DNA of 43,365 nt, from the sequence record NC_007807.1; one strand, 5' to 3'. This document shows, one piece after another, positions 27,529 through 36,140 of the stretch (position 1 is the first letter of the stretch; every line of letters starts with the position of its first letter). This stretch comes from Pseudomonas phage 119X. The position numbers and the translations under genes were made by a program. The notes beneath the pieces were generated by a model. It made no database searches, was not told where the DNA came from, and saw only the letters and a list, made by a program, of their open reading frames with translations.

Positions 27529-29852
27529 TCTTCTTTATCCTTCCAGTTTGTATGGAAGCATTCCACTTCCACATTGATTACCATTTCCTGCCCATGCACG
27601 ATTACGCGAGGAGTCAATAGTTCTTTAAGAACTGGAATTACCTGACGAGCGTAACCTACTAGAACCTGCCCAACCAGAGAATCATGGATCTGAGTCTTCA
27701 GTCTTAAGATTCTAGGATCCTTCAAACTGAGCATGTACTGATATGCTTTTAGATAACCGGTATTTAGGTTATCTACTGAGAAGTTCTGAGACTGGTGAGC
27801 TACCGCCTGCCTCTGAATCTTCTTATTCCTTCTAGGATCACCGAAGAAATAGCGAACATGACCCGTGATAGGATTAATCAGCTTATTAGTAGTAAGGACT
27901 TCCATAAAGATGGATTCCCACCACTGCTGCACTTCAGGAAATGGAATATGGTATGCGTCTAAAAGTTGTTTAGCAAAATCTTTAGGTGTCTTCTCCTTAG
28001 GAGCTTTTGGATTAAGGGTAAGAACAACTCCCAGAATCTTAGCAGCCAGAAATAGTGTTTGAATATCATCTAGGTTATCGATAAAGGTTTCAGGTCCCAT
28101 CATATAATTGGTACCGTGAACAATTTTCTTCAATACCTTATTACGGAATTCCTTTGTAACTGTCTCATACTCCATATGGAAGAACAACTCTCCCAATACT
28201 TTGTAGAAGTCCTTTTTATTCCCTTCGTTGTCCAGATCAGGGAAGCACAAAGCTTTAATCAGCGCAGAGCATCTGCTCAGGTATGCAGTACAGATGGCCT
28301 CAGCCTTAGAAAAGTCCATCTCAAAAGCTATGTAACCATCATCTGGCTCATACATTTCCTTAGCATATACTGGCTGATTCTGAATCTGAGTTCCAATCCA
28401 GGCAGCCGATGCCCTACTTGCAAACCGACCAGTATCAGTTCCAAATGGATCAAGGCTATAAAGCAGCCTACTATTCCACTGTCTGAAACTAAAGTAGGTA
28501 GATAATGCCTTCTTCTCTAAGCTATAATTATTAACCCTGTCTGAGAACAGAGCGAAGATTGGGTGCTGCGATGCTACGAATGCTCTCGATTTCTTATCAG
28601 TCTTAGATTTAGACTTAGCTCTGGGTGGCCTCTTAGCTCCTAAGACTTCATAGAGGAATTCAGATACCTGATCTGGAGATCCAGGATTGAACTCAGGATC
28701 ATCAGTCATTATCCTCAAATCTTTAAGGGCTGACTCCAGTCTTTCCTCGGCCTTTTCTACTAGCTTAAGCCTAGTTTCATTGTTAACTTTGAATCCTTCG
28801 AAGGCTCCGTACAGGGATGGATAGACTAGAGGGAACTGTTTCTTATAGTTCCTTAGCATCCAGATATCCCCATTCTTCAGCAATTCTATCAAGGCCCTCA
28901 TCATCATGTGAGTATCGTAAGCAGCATACTTCCAGTAGGACTCAATCCCACCAATTGCCTTATGCTCTCTGTCGGCCATGTACTTCCATTCTTTATGATC
29001 GTAAAGTAGCCATGAGCAGAGGAATCCTACGTCCTTGGATAACTCAGAATACCAGCTATGACTAAGCCCCATGGTATCAAATATCCAGTTATTCGGGGCA
29101 GCATGATAGCGCATAAGATGGAAGCTATCATATAGTCCATTATGGAAACACTTAGGAATGTCGCTGCGCATTACCATCTGAAGGAATAATAATGCAGCCG
29201 CGTACTCCTCATCTGTCTTCCAGAAGTCATTCATTCCATTGACTAGAGGAAGTACAAAAGTCTTAATCTTTCCATCCGGCATTAATCCACTGAAGGATAC
29301 TACCGTTATCCAAGTTTCCCCTAGTCCATTAATCTGAAGAGTTGCAGGATCATAGCAAGGAACTTTCTTAGTCCCCCTTTTAACCTGCCATTGCTGAGTC
29401 TCAATGTCCCCACCGATTATTAAACTCTTACTAAGAATATCTAGAGCAGCACTAAACATTCTAGTGTCAGTTAAGACTGTATAATCGAATTTAACTCCAG
29501 GGACTCGACAATATCTTATCTTCTTCAGATCCTTTTGAAGTAGCCATTCCCCTTCATTGGTCTGGTAAACATTAGATATCTTGTCTATTACTATGGACGG
29601 AATTTCTGTATCAATGCGGGAGCCTCTCCAGCGATTGAGAGTAGGCTTGGGGTCATCAACAAAGTTGAATAGGGTCTGCTCATTGCAGATAAGAAAAGCA
29701 TGAGCATTTACTTTATTAGCAAACCCCATAGCTTCAGTGATGCTTAGGACCTTAGTTGTATAGACAACATTAATCCCAGCCTTGCCAAATAGATACTCGA
29801 TAGCTTTATTGTACCGAGATTCTTCCGCAGATATATTTAGAAGAACCTTCAT
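27447..29852 (-). CDS. DNA polymerase, family A (PolA/T7-like), with a 3'-5' exonuclease domain
   Basis: Exo I GGDIETQ, Exo II FHNGLYD, Exo III YAAYDTHMM. Polymerase motif A FEMDFSKAEA, motif B RQAVAHQSQNFSV, motif C QIHDSLVG. T7-like TDTGRFASR. Confidence 0.85.
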   Translation of the reverse strand: MKVLLNISAEESRYNKAIEYLFGKAGINVVYTTKVLSITEAMGFANKVNAHAFLICNEQTLFNFVDDPKPTLNRWRGSRIDTEIPSIVIDKISNVYQTNEGEWLLQKDLKKIRYCRVPGVKFDYTVLTDTRMFSAALDILSKSLIIGGDIETQQWQVKRGTKKVPCYDPATLQINGLGETWITVVSFSGLMPDGKIKTFVLPLVNGMNDFWKTDEEYAAALLFLQMVMRSDIPKCFHNGLYDSFHLMRYHAAPNNWIFDTMGLSHSWYSELSKDVGFLCSWLLYDHKEWKYMADREHKAIGGIESYWKYAAYDTHMMMRALIELLKNGDIWMLRNYKKQFPLVYPSLYGAFEGFKVNNETRLKLVEKAEERLESALKDLRIMTDDPEFNPGSPDQVSEFLYEVLGAKRPPRAKSKSKTDKKSRAFVASQHPIFALFSDRVNNYSLEKKALSTYFSFRQWNSRLLYSLDPFGTDTGRFASRASAAWIGTQIQNQPVYAKEMYEPDDGYIAFEMDFSKAEAICTAYLSRCSALIKALCFPDLDNEGNKKDFYKVLGELFFHMEYETVTKEFRNKVLKKIVHGTNYMMGPETFIDNLDDIQTLFLAAKILGVVLTLNPKAPKEKTPKDFAKQLLDAYHIPFPEVQQWWESIFMEVLTTNKLINPITGHVRYFFGDPRRNKKIQRQAVAHQSQNFSVDNLNTGYLKAYQYMLSLKDPRILRLKTQIHDSLVGQVLVGYARQVIPVLKELLTPRVIVHGQEMVINVEVECFHTNWKDKEEWETFSRTTLPMLESQKSPIPSIAGRL

Positions 29853-29892
29853 CGGCTATACTCCCTTTCCAGAGGTAGTGATCTATAACTAG

Positions 29893-29945
29893 TTAGTCCT
29901 CTCCCAAGCTGCCCAGCCACCCGAAGGTTTAAGGGAGAGGACTAA
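29893..29945 (-). promoter_or_regulatory. Long perfect hairpin: 13-bp stem TTAGTCCTCTCCC/GGGAGAGGACTAA with a 27-nt loop, in the leader of the polymerase gene. No U-tract follows. Candidate RNase III-type processing site or regulatory structure.
   Basis: Perfect 13-bp inverted repeat read directly. It lies between the acidic protein gene and the polymerase gene on the transcribed strand. Confidence 0.45.
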
Positions 29946-29966
29946 GTGCTTATAGCTCTAGGCTAC

Positions 29967-30296
29967 TTAGATTTCAAATAGCTCTTTCTGAGTAATTACA
30001 ATCTTGCCGAGATTATTATCCTCTTCATCCTTGGCATCCAGATGAATCTCAGAGACGGCATCGAAGTTGTGACTGGAGATAATTTCGCTGAGGGATGCTC
30101 CAGAAGATTCGACGTTGAAATTATCCTCTGCCAGGTCTACCAGATCTACGAAAGCTTCATCCGGAATGTTCTCAGTCAGAAGCGTGCGCAGTTCAAAGAA
30201 GTCAAATGCAGAATCCAGCAACAGCTCTGCTTGCATCGGACGGATAGAGGAATGACCGCTGGCCAGGGTCAGGGTTACACTGATAATAGTGCTCAT
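29967..30296 (-). CDS. Strongly acidic small protein (Ocr-like DNA-mimic or anti-restriction candidate)
   Basis: 109 aa, very D/E-rich (e.g. DEAFVDLVDLAEDNFNVE, DAKDEEDNN). It sits between a terminator and the long hairpin. Confidence 0.45.
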   Translation of the reverse strand: MSTIISVTLTLASGHSSIRPMQAELLLDSAFDFFELRTLLTENIPDEAFVDLVDLAEDNFNVESSGASLSEIISSHNFDAVSEIHLDAKDEEDNNLGKIVITQKELFEI

Positions 30297-30324
30297 GGAA
30301 TTCTCCTGCTTTTCAATTAGGGTA

Positions 30325-30358
30325 TAAAAAAGACCAGTCCTCCTAAGAAGACTGGCCT
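30325..30358 (-). terminator. Rho-independent terminator on the minus strand
   Basis: The minus strand reads GGCCAGUC-uucuuaggag-GACUGGUC followed by UUUUUUAU. It lies 12 nt downstream of the stop of gene 30370..30885. Confidence 0.5.
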
Positions 30359-30369
30359 AAGAGGGGGGA

Positions 30370-30885
30370 TTATTGCGGGATGGCTACAACGTTGGATACG
30401 CGGTGATTAGTGTATTCCTTATCATCACGCTTGTAGGTAGTACGAGTGATGTTCATGCGGCCTTTCAGACCGGTGCCCTCAGTTGCCAGCAACATTTCCT
30501 TATAGGACATGTTATCGATTTCTTCCTGAGTTGCGCCATTGACAGCCAGGATAGCCTGGATACGCGCCTTAAAATAAGGCTTGCCTTGCTCAGTAAAGGA
30601 GAAATCCTCGCTGAACAGACTGCCTGGCTTAATCGGAAGATTGCCTTCTGCGACTTCTACCGGGTTCAGAGCATAGGTCATAATGAAGATCGGCCACTTA
30701 AGAGGACGGCCCTCTTTCTCAGCTTCAGCCTTCTTATTAGCATCCTTGATTTCGCGTACATCAGCCTTAATCTTCAGAAGTTCGAAGTCATAGACACCAG
30801 TTTCCGGGTCGCAGAATTCGGGAGCTGCTTCTACGCTGCCCATAGTTTCTTCGAGGAGGTCATCCAGATTCATGATGGTGCTCAT
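30370..30885 (-). CDS. Hypothetical protein. Possibly a single-strand DNA-binding or annealing protein, given its position next to the Sak4-like ATPase.
   Basis: 171-aa ORF. No diagnostic motif. Context only. Confidence 0.4.
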   Translation of the reverse strand: MSTIMNLDDLLEETMGSVEAAPEFCDPETGVYDFELLKIKADVREIKDANKKAEAEKEGRPLKWPIFIMTYALNPVEVAEGNLPIKPGSLFSEDFSFTEQGKPYFKARIQAILAVNGATQEEIDNMSYKEMLLATEGTGLKGRMNITRTTYKRDDKEYTNHRVSNVVAIPQ

Positions 30886-30912
30886 AGTTTAATCTCTCTT
30901 TACTAGGTTGAG

Positions 30913-31869
30913 TTACTTCTTTTTAAGTCCCGCCAAGAATGACGGCTTTTCTGCTACAGGTTCAGTAGGCTGTTCAGCTACTTCTTCCGTAGACTCTTCA
31001 TCTTCCCCCGCATTAGGGGAAAAGAATTTCGATTCGATCAAGGCTTTGCCAAGATCAACCTGCCCATTCTGTTTCTCCAGGGCTATCCCAAGTCTGCTAC
31101 CTGCCGGTCCATTTGGAACTGCAATAGGAGTAGACGACGCCCGGTGAGACTTGAGCTTCAATTCCAGCTTGATAAGAGTTCCGAAATACTTACCAAGGTT
31201 CATACTAAAAGCCTTAGTCCCGCACATCGGATAAATCTTATCAGGCTTACCTTCTTCTTCTACTACGACGACGTGAGTAGTGCAAAAGAATTGACAATAC
31301 TTAGCTGCCTGGATAGTTGAGCACAAGTCTGACAACCATTTGCCCATCATCCCGTACTCATCGAAAGTAGGCTTGTATTCTGCTGGCTTGCCTAAGCAGG
31401 CAGCGGCCATTGCTGATGTTCCTACCTGGCTAAGGGAGTCGATTGCAATAGCATCAGAAGAAGTCAGAGTAGACATATCAAAGGTAATGAAAGGATTACC
31501 AGCCTTCAGACAGACAAGGCAGTCTACTTTTCCGTGAGCTTCGCAAATCTTCTTCGGACCTCTAGAGCACAGGCACTTAAGAAGAGTCTCAATAGCTATA
31601 GGCTCTTCCCGAGTATCTGGGATTCTGATTAGAGTTACCTTAGCTACTTCCTCATCGGTAAGCTGACCACTATTATACATCCAGATAATAGTTTCGTAGG
31701 AGTTCTCAACATCGAACAGGAAGAGTCTCTTCACTGCCTTACAACGCAGTATAGTTGCCAGTTGAGTAGTCTTACCAGTCTTAGTCTCACCGTAGATTAA
31801 GAAGCTATGATTTCGATTAGGAACTGAGCCAGCTTTATTTGCAGCCTTGATAACGTCTAAGAGATTCAT
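30913..31869 (-). CDS. Sak4-like / RecA-fold P-loop ATPase
   Basis: N-terminal LIYGETKTGKTT (Walker A) and LFLFDVENS (Walker B). Cys-rich middle segment. Confidence 0.5.
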   Translation of the reverse strand: MNLLDVIKAANKAGSVPNRNHSFLIYGETKTGKTTQLATILRCKAVKRLFLFDVENSYETIIWMYNSGQLTDEEVAKVTLIRIPDTREEPIAIETLLKCLCSRGPKKICEAHGKVDCLVCLKAGNPFITFDMSTLTSSDAIAIDSLSQVGTSAMAAACLGKPAEYKPTFDEYGMMGKWLSDLCSTIQAAKYCQFFCTTHVVVVEEEGKPDKIYPMCGTKAFSMNLGKYFGTLIKLELKLKSHRASSTPIAVPNGPAGSRLGIALEKQNGQVDLGKALIESKFFSPNAGEDEESTEEVAEQPTEPVAEKPSFLAGLKKK

Positions 31870-31911
31870 AATCTAATCCATCTAAAAGCGGGGTTGCTGC
31901 GAATGAGGCCC

Positions 31912-31940
31912 ATCATAAACACCCAATTGCAAAATTGCAA
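31912..31940 (-). promoter_or_regulatory. Sigma70-like promoter, copy A of a three-member family. -35 TTGCAA at plus 31935..31940, 17-nt spacer, -10 TATGAT at plus 31912..31917.
   Basis: The minus strand reads GAAAACCGGGGGTTGCAATTTTGCAATTGGGTGTTTATGAT. The extended motif is shared with the copies at 36616..36644 and 42418..42446. Confidence 0.6.
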
Positions 31941-31959
31941 CCCCCGGTTTTCAAGGATT

Positions 31960-32217
31960 CTATAGGGACTGTCTAAGCTTACCTATATATTCAGCATCCC
32001 CTTCCTCTAACTTCTTGAGGAAGAACTCTGCCTCTGCCCGAGTCTGGAAATAGTCACTATCTCTTGAACCTGGTTCAACCAACCCAGGAAACTCATCCTG
32101 CTCAGAGTTAGTATACAGCGTCCCAATGTAGTAGCCGGCGCCTGATTCTAGGACCTTCAGATCCGAATAGTTAACTTCTTCTTCAGGGCTAATTTGTTTA
32201 ACCAGTTCGCTTCTCAT
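31960..32217 (-). CDS. Hypothetical protein
   Basis: 85-aa ORF. Confidence 0.4.
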   Translation of the reverse strand: MRSELVKQISPEEEVNYSDLKVLESGAGYYIGTLYTNSEQDEFPGLVEPGSRDSDYFQTRAEAEFFLKKLEEGDAEYIGKLRQSL

Positions 32218-32681
32218 TCTTTCTCTCCACTTTTAATACCTACCAGTTTACCCTTAATTCTCTTACAGACTTCTGATCGAGTATCTATCCCCTCCTGATA
32301 AGCTAACTTATTATCTATCCATTTCTTCGCTTGGGTTGCTATATACCAGCTTGGATAGACTATAGCCTCCATGTAATCATCTGTAAGGGCATAAGTATCA
32401 TCCTCCCTAATTTCCTTAACATATCTTACTCTTTCGTCCTCGCCCCCATTAAAGAACATAATATGAAGATAGACTAGATATCCATCAGCCGGAACTTTGG
32501 GTTCAGTCTCTGCCTGCTTGATAATCTCCGGGAACTGATCCACCAGGACAGAGGTTATAGTCATATCGCCCGCGTCCTTATACCCATTGGCAGGAACTGC
32601 TCCCTTGGCAAGAGTATTCTCAACCATATCCCTTGGGCCAGTGTAGATCATTAGGCGCATTACGCGGATGATGTCAGTCAT
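32214..32681 (-). CDS. Hypothetical protein
   Basis: 155-aa ORF. Stop/start overlap with its neighbours. Confidence 0.45.
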   Translation of the reverse strand: MTDIIRVMRLMIYTGPRDMVENTLAKGAVPANGYKDAGDMTITSVLVDQFPEIIKQAETEPKVPADGYLVYLHIMFFNGGEDERVRYVKEIREDDTYALTDDYMEAIVYPSWYIATQAKKWIDNKLAYQEGIDTRSEVCKRIKGKLVGIKSGEKE

Positions 32682-32940
32682 TGTCAGTCCCCTTATTCCA
32701 GGCCTTAGTTCCGTGTCCCGTCTTACCAGCCTTTAGACAGTCAGAGGAAACACACTCTCCTTCGGGGTCTACCTGAATTACTCCACATCCTTCGCAGATT
32801 ACATTACAGGCCTTACCATTATCCCAGTCTTCCTGTTTAGTAATGCCAGCTAAGTCTCCGAAGTCCTCGCCCCACATTGCGAGGGAACAAGCTTTGCAGA
32901 AATCGGCCATGATTAAACTCCCAGATAATGACGAAGCCAA
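32674..32940 (-). CDS. Cys-rich zinc-finger/zinc-ribbon small protein
   Basis: 88 aa with CKAC, CNVICEGCG and CVSSDC clusters. Confidence 0.45.
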   Translation of the reverse strand: MASSLSGSLIMADFCKACSLAMWGEDFGDLAGITKQEDWDNGKACNVICEGCGVIQVDPEGECVSSDCLKAGKTGHGTKAWNKGTDND

Positions 32941-33587
32941 CGTTCAGATTCTTCTACTGCCTGAGCAGGAGTAGCTACATCCCCAAACAAGGAAGCTAGT
33001 TCGAGAATTGTATGCTGGCGCTTACAGTCTTCTACTGCCGAATGCGCTACACCTCCTACTACCTTTTTATAGGTTGTATAAATAGCTGATGCAACTGCAA
33101 TATTCCCCCGACAAAGTCCCAGAATGTAGCTATTGTTATCCAGGATGTTGCGATAGAAGAAGGGAAGACTAAGCCCAACCATATTGAACATGCGCTTCAG
33201 AATAATTATATCGTATTCAGGATGAGCGCACATTACATAGATATTTTTATCCCCTACTCCCAGAGTAGTAAGAACATTCTGATAGCAGGCCATCAGCCAG
33301 CTATGCAAAGCCTTAACATGCTCAGCTAGAATCCATTCCCCTCCTTCCGGGAACAGATGCTGACCATTCTTAACCTCAGGACTACTATTGCTAAGCATAG
33401 TCCAATTAAAAGTATCAGTATCCCATTTATTAATAGGTACTCCCTGAAGCCAACTATCCTCCCCCAGTATCTGGTCTAGCCTGTCATGATTGACATACAA
33501 CATTCCTACTTGCCAGGCAATAGCTTCGAAAGGGTTAAGGCAAGTAGCTTCGATATCCAGATGGATCAAAATATTCTGAGTCATCAT
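32913..33587 (-). CDS. DnaQ-like 3'-5' exonuclease (DEDDh family)
   Basis: Exo I HLDIEAT, Exo II AHPEYDIIILKR, Exo III HSAVEDCK. Confidence 0.6.
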   Translation of the reverse strand: MMTQNILIHLDIEATCLNPFEAIAWQVGMLYVNHDRLDQILGEDSWLQGVPINKWDTDTFNWTMLSNSSPEVKNGQHLFPEGGEWILAEHVKALHSWLMACYQNVLTTLGVGDKNIYVMCAHPEYDIIILKRMFNMVGLSLPFFYRNILDNNSYILGLCRGNIAVASAIYTTYKKVVGGVAHSAVEDCKRQHTILELASLFGDVATPAQAVEESERWLRHYLGV

Positions 33588-34609
33588 ACACCCGCTGTTG
33601 TCATGAGAATGTTTAACCTACGCTGATGATCCTGGAATAGGTCATCCAGTTCGTAGGTAAACTGATAATCAGTAGTGTCCTCAACATAGGCTGCCGGAAG
33701 ATCCGAAGAAGTAAACTGGCAGTCATTGAAGAATTGACACACCCTGTTAAAAGCTTTGCAACTAGCTCTTCGTGGATAGGCCTCCAGTGGTTCCAGGGTC
33801 TGAAGATAGTTCACATCTAGGTAAATCTTAGTGAACCATTCAAATCTATCCCTCAAGGTTTTAGGGAAGGTATAGCTATGGAATTTGGGTTCGTACAGAG
33901 AAGTCTTGCTACTTCCACTAATCTGATTAACCCAATAGTTAGTATCAAAGTCAGCTAACTGTTCCCCAGCTATAGCATCCAGGATGATAGAATAACCTAT
34001 CACCTGATCTGAGTATTTGTAGTTAGGAGTTAGATCCTCTCCCCTCATTGCAGTTGTTTTATAATCTGTTACTGCGTATCTCTTGGTCCTCCTGTTACGC
34101 AAGACTAAATCGAGATAGCCTACGTAATAATATTTCTCATTGATATTCAGGCAGAAGCTAAGTTCAGCCGCAAACTTTCCATTGAAAGTAGCAATCTCCC
34201 ACTCCATTAGTTTCTGTTCGTGGAATGGTACTGCTGCCTCAAGACAAAAGATCAGCCTTTCCAGGAACCTTTGTTCATCTTCTAAGAAGGGAGTGTACTT
34301 AATGAAGGCTTCCCAAATTGCAGACTCTAATGCTACTGCACTGGTTTCCCCCATGGTCCTGAGAATCATATAGAGTTGGGCTGCTGCTCCATAAGCCTTT
34401 CCAAATACAGTAGCTGGAGTATCCTCCTTAGCATAGGGATTGTGCAGTAGCTTAATCTTCTGAAGCTTACGCTCACAAGAATGCAGGAGTTCCAGAGTTG
34501 AATGAGACAACCGGAGTCTTGCCCCCGGATCATTCATCGTCATCCCAGTAGGCTCAGGTGCATCATAAGCAGCCTTGACATCCCCGAGTTTTGAGTCCAG
34601 GTCAATCAT
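33584..34609 (-). CDS. PD-(D/E)XK nuclease, Cas4/RecB-like, with a C-terminal Cys cluster
   Basis: YVGYLDLVL is read as motif II (D), YAVTDYKTT as motif III (D-x-K), and C-x5-C-x5-C (CKAFNRVCQFFNDC) as the Cys cluster. Confidence 0.5.
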   Translation of the reverse strand: MIDLDSKLGDVKAAYDAPEPTGMTMNDPGARLRLSHSTLELLHSCERKLQKIKLLHNPYAKEDTPATVFGKAYGAAAQLYMILRTMGETSAVALESAIWEAFIKYTPFLEDEQRFLERLIFCLEAAVPFHEQKLMEWEIATFNGKFAAELSFCLNINEKYYYVGYLDLVLRNRRTKRYAVTDYKTTAMRGEDLTPNYKYSDQVIGYSIILDAIAGEQLADFDTNYWVNQISGSSKTSLYEPKFHSYTFPKTLRDRFEWFTKIYLDVNYLQTLEPLEAYPRRASCKAFNRVCQFFNDCQFTSSDLPAAYVEDTTDYQFTYELDDLFQDHQRRLNILMTTAGV

Positions 34610-34610
34610 C

Positions 34611-34922
34611 TCAAGTCTCCGAATCCCAGTTCAGCCTTACTCCTTGCCGGATCAGAAAAGCTTTATGAGCTTCGTACTTAGTCTTGATAGCCTTGAGAAG
34701 TTCAGCATCCAAAATTTCTAATGCTTCTTCAATCTTCTCCAGATCAGAAGGCTCAAAGACTTCCCCAAAATCCCTGACTAACCTAGTCAGATTGGACAGG
34801 TACCCTTTAGCAAACCTATGATGCTTAGCGTAGTAATGAACCCAAAGACTACGCATGTTATAGGACTTTCCATCCTTACAGATTTCCAGCCTGATAGGAT
34901 TCTGGAAGTTATAATTAGTCAT
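34611..34922 (-). CDS. Hypothetical protein
   Basis: 103-aa ORF. Confidence 0.4.
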   Translation of the reverse strand: MTNYNFQNPIRLEICKDGKSYNMRSLWVHYYAKHHRFAKGYLSNLTRLVRDFGEVFEPSDLEKIEEALEILDAELLKAIKTKYEAHKAFLIRQGVRLNWDSET

Positions 34923-35128
34923 TTCGGTTCTCCTGCTTTCAGAATATGACCTTCCCTTGGATTCTCCAGGCCCCTAAGTTCAGCCCACCTATCTGCCCTA
35001 TCTCCAGGAGAATTGAATTTCTCAACTATTACAGTGAGGTCATCAGACCAGTGGTAGACCAGATCAAATCCACCTTCTTCTTCAAACTGCTTGCTTAAAT
35101 TCATGGCGAAGCTCCTATTAGAATTCAC
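34919..35128 (-). CDS. Hypothetical small protein
   Basis: 69-aa ORF. Stop/start overlap with its neighbours. Confidence 0.35.
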   Translation of the reverse strand: MNSNRSFAMNLSKQFEEEGGFDLVYHWSDDLTVIVEKFNSPGDRADRWAELRGLENPREGHILKAGEPK

Positions 35129-35822
35129 TTTGAATTGCTGCCATTTCTTCAGGGGTTAGAGCTACAGGCTTTTCAGTCTTAGCTGCCTGTTTCCTTGGAC
35201 GAGCCGCGGCCATATCTGCTGCGACCTTATTATTAGTCATCTTCCTCAAGGCCCGAGTCATCAGTTGCAAGTCTTCAGGTAGCATCAGGCTACAGGCATC
35301 AGCATTAGTCAGGAGAACTTCCCTGAGATCTTTCATTGCAGACTTTAGGTCCAGTCCCTCCATCATCTGGAGTTCGTGAATCTTCTGCCTGATGAATTCT
35401 AGGGTAGCCCCATTATCAGTCGATACTGATTTAACTTCCTTTTCCTTATCTTCAGCCATCACTCCCTGACTAACCAAATTAGCAGCCGTTATGACATTAT
35501 TCAAAGGCAGCTCTACAGTCTCAGTCTGCTTAGCCTTATCCATCCACGGCAGGGAAGACTTTGGCTTAGGATCAGTTCCCTCTATATCATCCAACATCGT
35601 TGAAGCCTGATCCTGAGTTGGCGCGGGCGCTGGGGCTGGGGCTGGAGTCTTAGACTTAAGACGGGCAAGAAAAGAGTTGACCGCTGGACTCCGCTTAGCC
35701 TCTTCCTCAGTTACCTGATTGGCTACGAATTCCTCAGCTGATTCTGGAGCTTTGGGAATTTCTACAGGACTCTTAGAGGCTGCCTGCTGCCTAGCCTTTT
35801 CCCGAAATGCTTTAAAGTCCAT
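35118..35822 (-). CDS. Hypothetical protein with a (PA)4-5 repeat
   Basis: 234 aa. The PAPAPAPAP tract is encoded by a GCTGGG hexamer repeat at ~35631..35658. Confidence 0.45.
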   Translation of the reverse strand: MDFKAFREKARQQAASKSPVEIPKAPESAEEFVANQVTEEEAKRSPAVNSFLARLKSKTPAPAPAPAPTQDQASTMLDDIEGTDPKPKSSLPWMDKAKQTETVELPLNNVITAANLVSQGVMAEDKEKEVKSVSTDNGATLEFIRQKIHELQMMEGLDLKSAMKDLREVLLTNADACSLMLPEDLQLMTRALRKMTNNKVAADMAAARPRKQAAKTEKPVALTPEEMAAIQSEF

Positions 35823-35834
35823 GATTACCTCCTA

Positions 35835-36137
35835 TTAGAATCCACTGTTAGGCTTGTGCAGAACTGCTACTTCCTTCGCCTTCTTCTTGGAAGGGAACAG
35901 GACTACGACAATCTTGTTAATCTTTACAGATGGATCATTAATTCCCCAATCTGCCTTCTGCTCAGTAGTCAATTCTGTTACTGAGAAATCCAGCTTACCC
36001 TCTACCCCTTTCCTGCACTTGCGCTGGCTCAGCCTACGCTTAAAGATCGTAGGATCTTCCAGGGTTACAATCTCGAAGGTGGAATTCGAGATAAGGTCAT
36101 TAATAAGGAAGTCATAGTCCAGCGTAATAGTGGACAT
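35835..36137 (-). CDS. Hypothetical protein
   Basis: 100-aa ORF. Confidence 0.4.
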   Translation of the reverse strand: MSTITLDYDFLINDLISNSTFEIVTLEDPTIFKRRLSQRKCRKGVEGKLDFSVTELTTEQKADWGINDPSVKINKIVVVLFPSKKKAKEVAVLHKPNSGF

Positions 36138-36140
36138 TGC

